In this document: positions 63,655 to 64,000 of the stretch, in pieces
Position numbering within the stretch: position 1 is the first letter of the stretch
How the letters are laid out: each line of letters starts with the position of its first letter
From: Mobula birostris
Taxonomy: Eukaryota
Assembly: GCF_030028105.1 (NCBI RefSeq)
Contig: NC_092387.1
Span: 50,973,590-51,037,589, forward strand
Direction of reading: 5' to 3'
DNA length: 64,000 nt
The notes under the pieces: model-generated
Seen by the model: only the letters and a program-made list of their open reading frames with translations
Told to the model about the DNA's origin: nothing
Databases searched by the model: none
Position numbers and translations under genes: made by a program

Positions 63655-64000
63655 ACATACCATAAGACAAAGAAGCAGAAGTCGGCCATTCGGTCCATTG
63701 AGTCTGCTCTGCCATTTTATCATGAGCTGATCCATTCTCCCATTTAGTCCCACTCCCCCGCCTTCTCACCATAACCTTTGATGCCCTGGCTACTCAGATA
63801 CCTATCAATCTCTGCCTTAAATACACCCAATGACTTGGCCTCCACTGCGCCCGTGGCAACAAATTCCATAGATTCACCACCCTCTGGCTAAAAAAATTTC
63901 TTCACATTTCTGTTCTGAATGAGCGCCCTTCAATCCTTAAGTCATGCCCTCTCGTACTAGACTCCCCCATCATGGGAAACAACTTTGCCACATCCACTCT
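63655..64000 (-). mobile_element. CR1 LINE 3' end (runs off the window)
   Basis: Reverse complement gives ttttttagccagagggtggtgaatctatggaat and the CR1 3' hairpin/tail. Confidence 0.85.

Overview
Vertebrate genomic DNA, most likely a cartilaginous fish (ray or shark), judged from the repeat content: CR1/HER1-like LINEs, V-SINEs, Deu-domain SINEs, Rex1/Babar, RTE and abundant Penelope-like elements (PLEs). It contains one complete protein-coding gene, NUDT13 (+ strand; 8 coding exons at 35466-54599, all GT-AG and in phase; 1011 nt, 336 aa). It also contains the first coding exon of an SLC35D-like nucleotide-sugar transporter (62348-62512, +). A minus-strand promoter and non-coding first exon rich in hypoxia-response elements lies at about 5.4-6.5 kb; it is probably P4HA1, inferred from synteny only. 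There is one 158-N assembly gap. Most other long ORFs are decayed retroelement fragments. The most interesting signal is in the RNA carried by the retroelements. (1) A Neptune-type PLE family has a minimal type I hammerhead ribozyme (CUGANGA..GAAA-CGUC, palindromic stem III) in its 3' repeat, and repeatedly inserts as tail-out inverted pairs bounded by 12-16 bp target-site duplications (TSDs), from about 220 bp up to 3.8 kb. (2) A second, Poseidon-type PLE has a CCAAT/TATA promoter directly upstream of its own hammerhead. (3) A short non-autonomous RTE derivative begins with a degenerate twister ribozyme, starting at the expected cleavage position. All assignments are by eye, and repeat boundaries are approximate unless a TSD is given.
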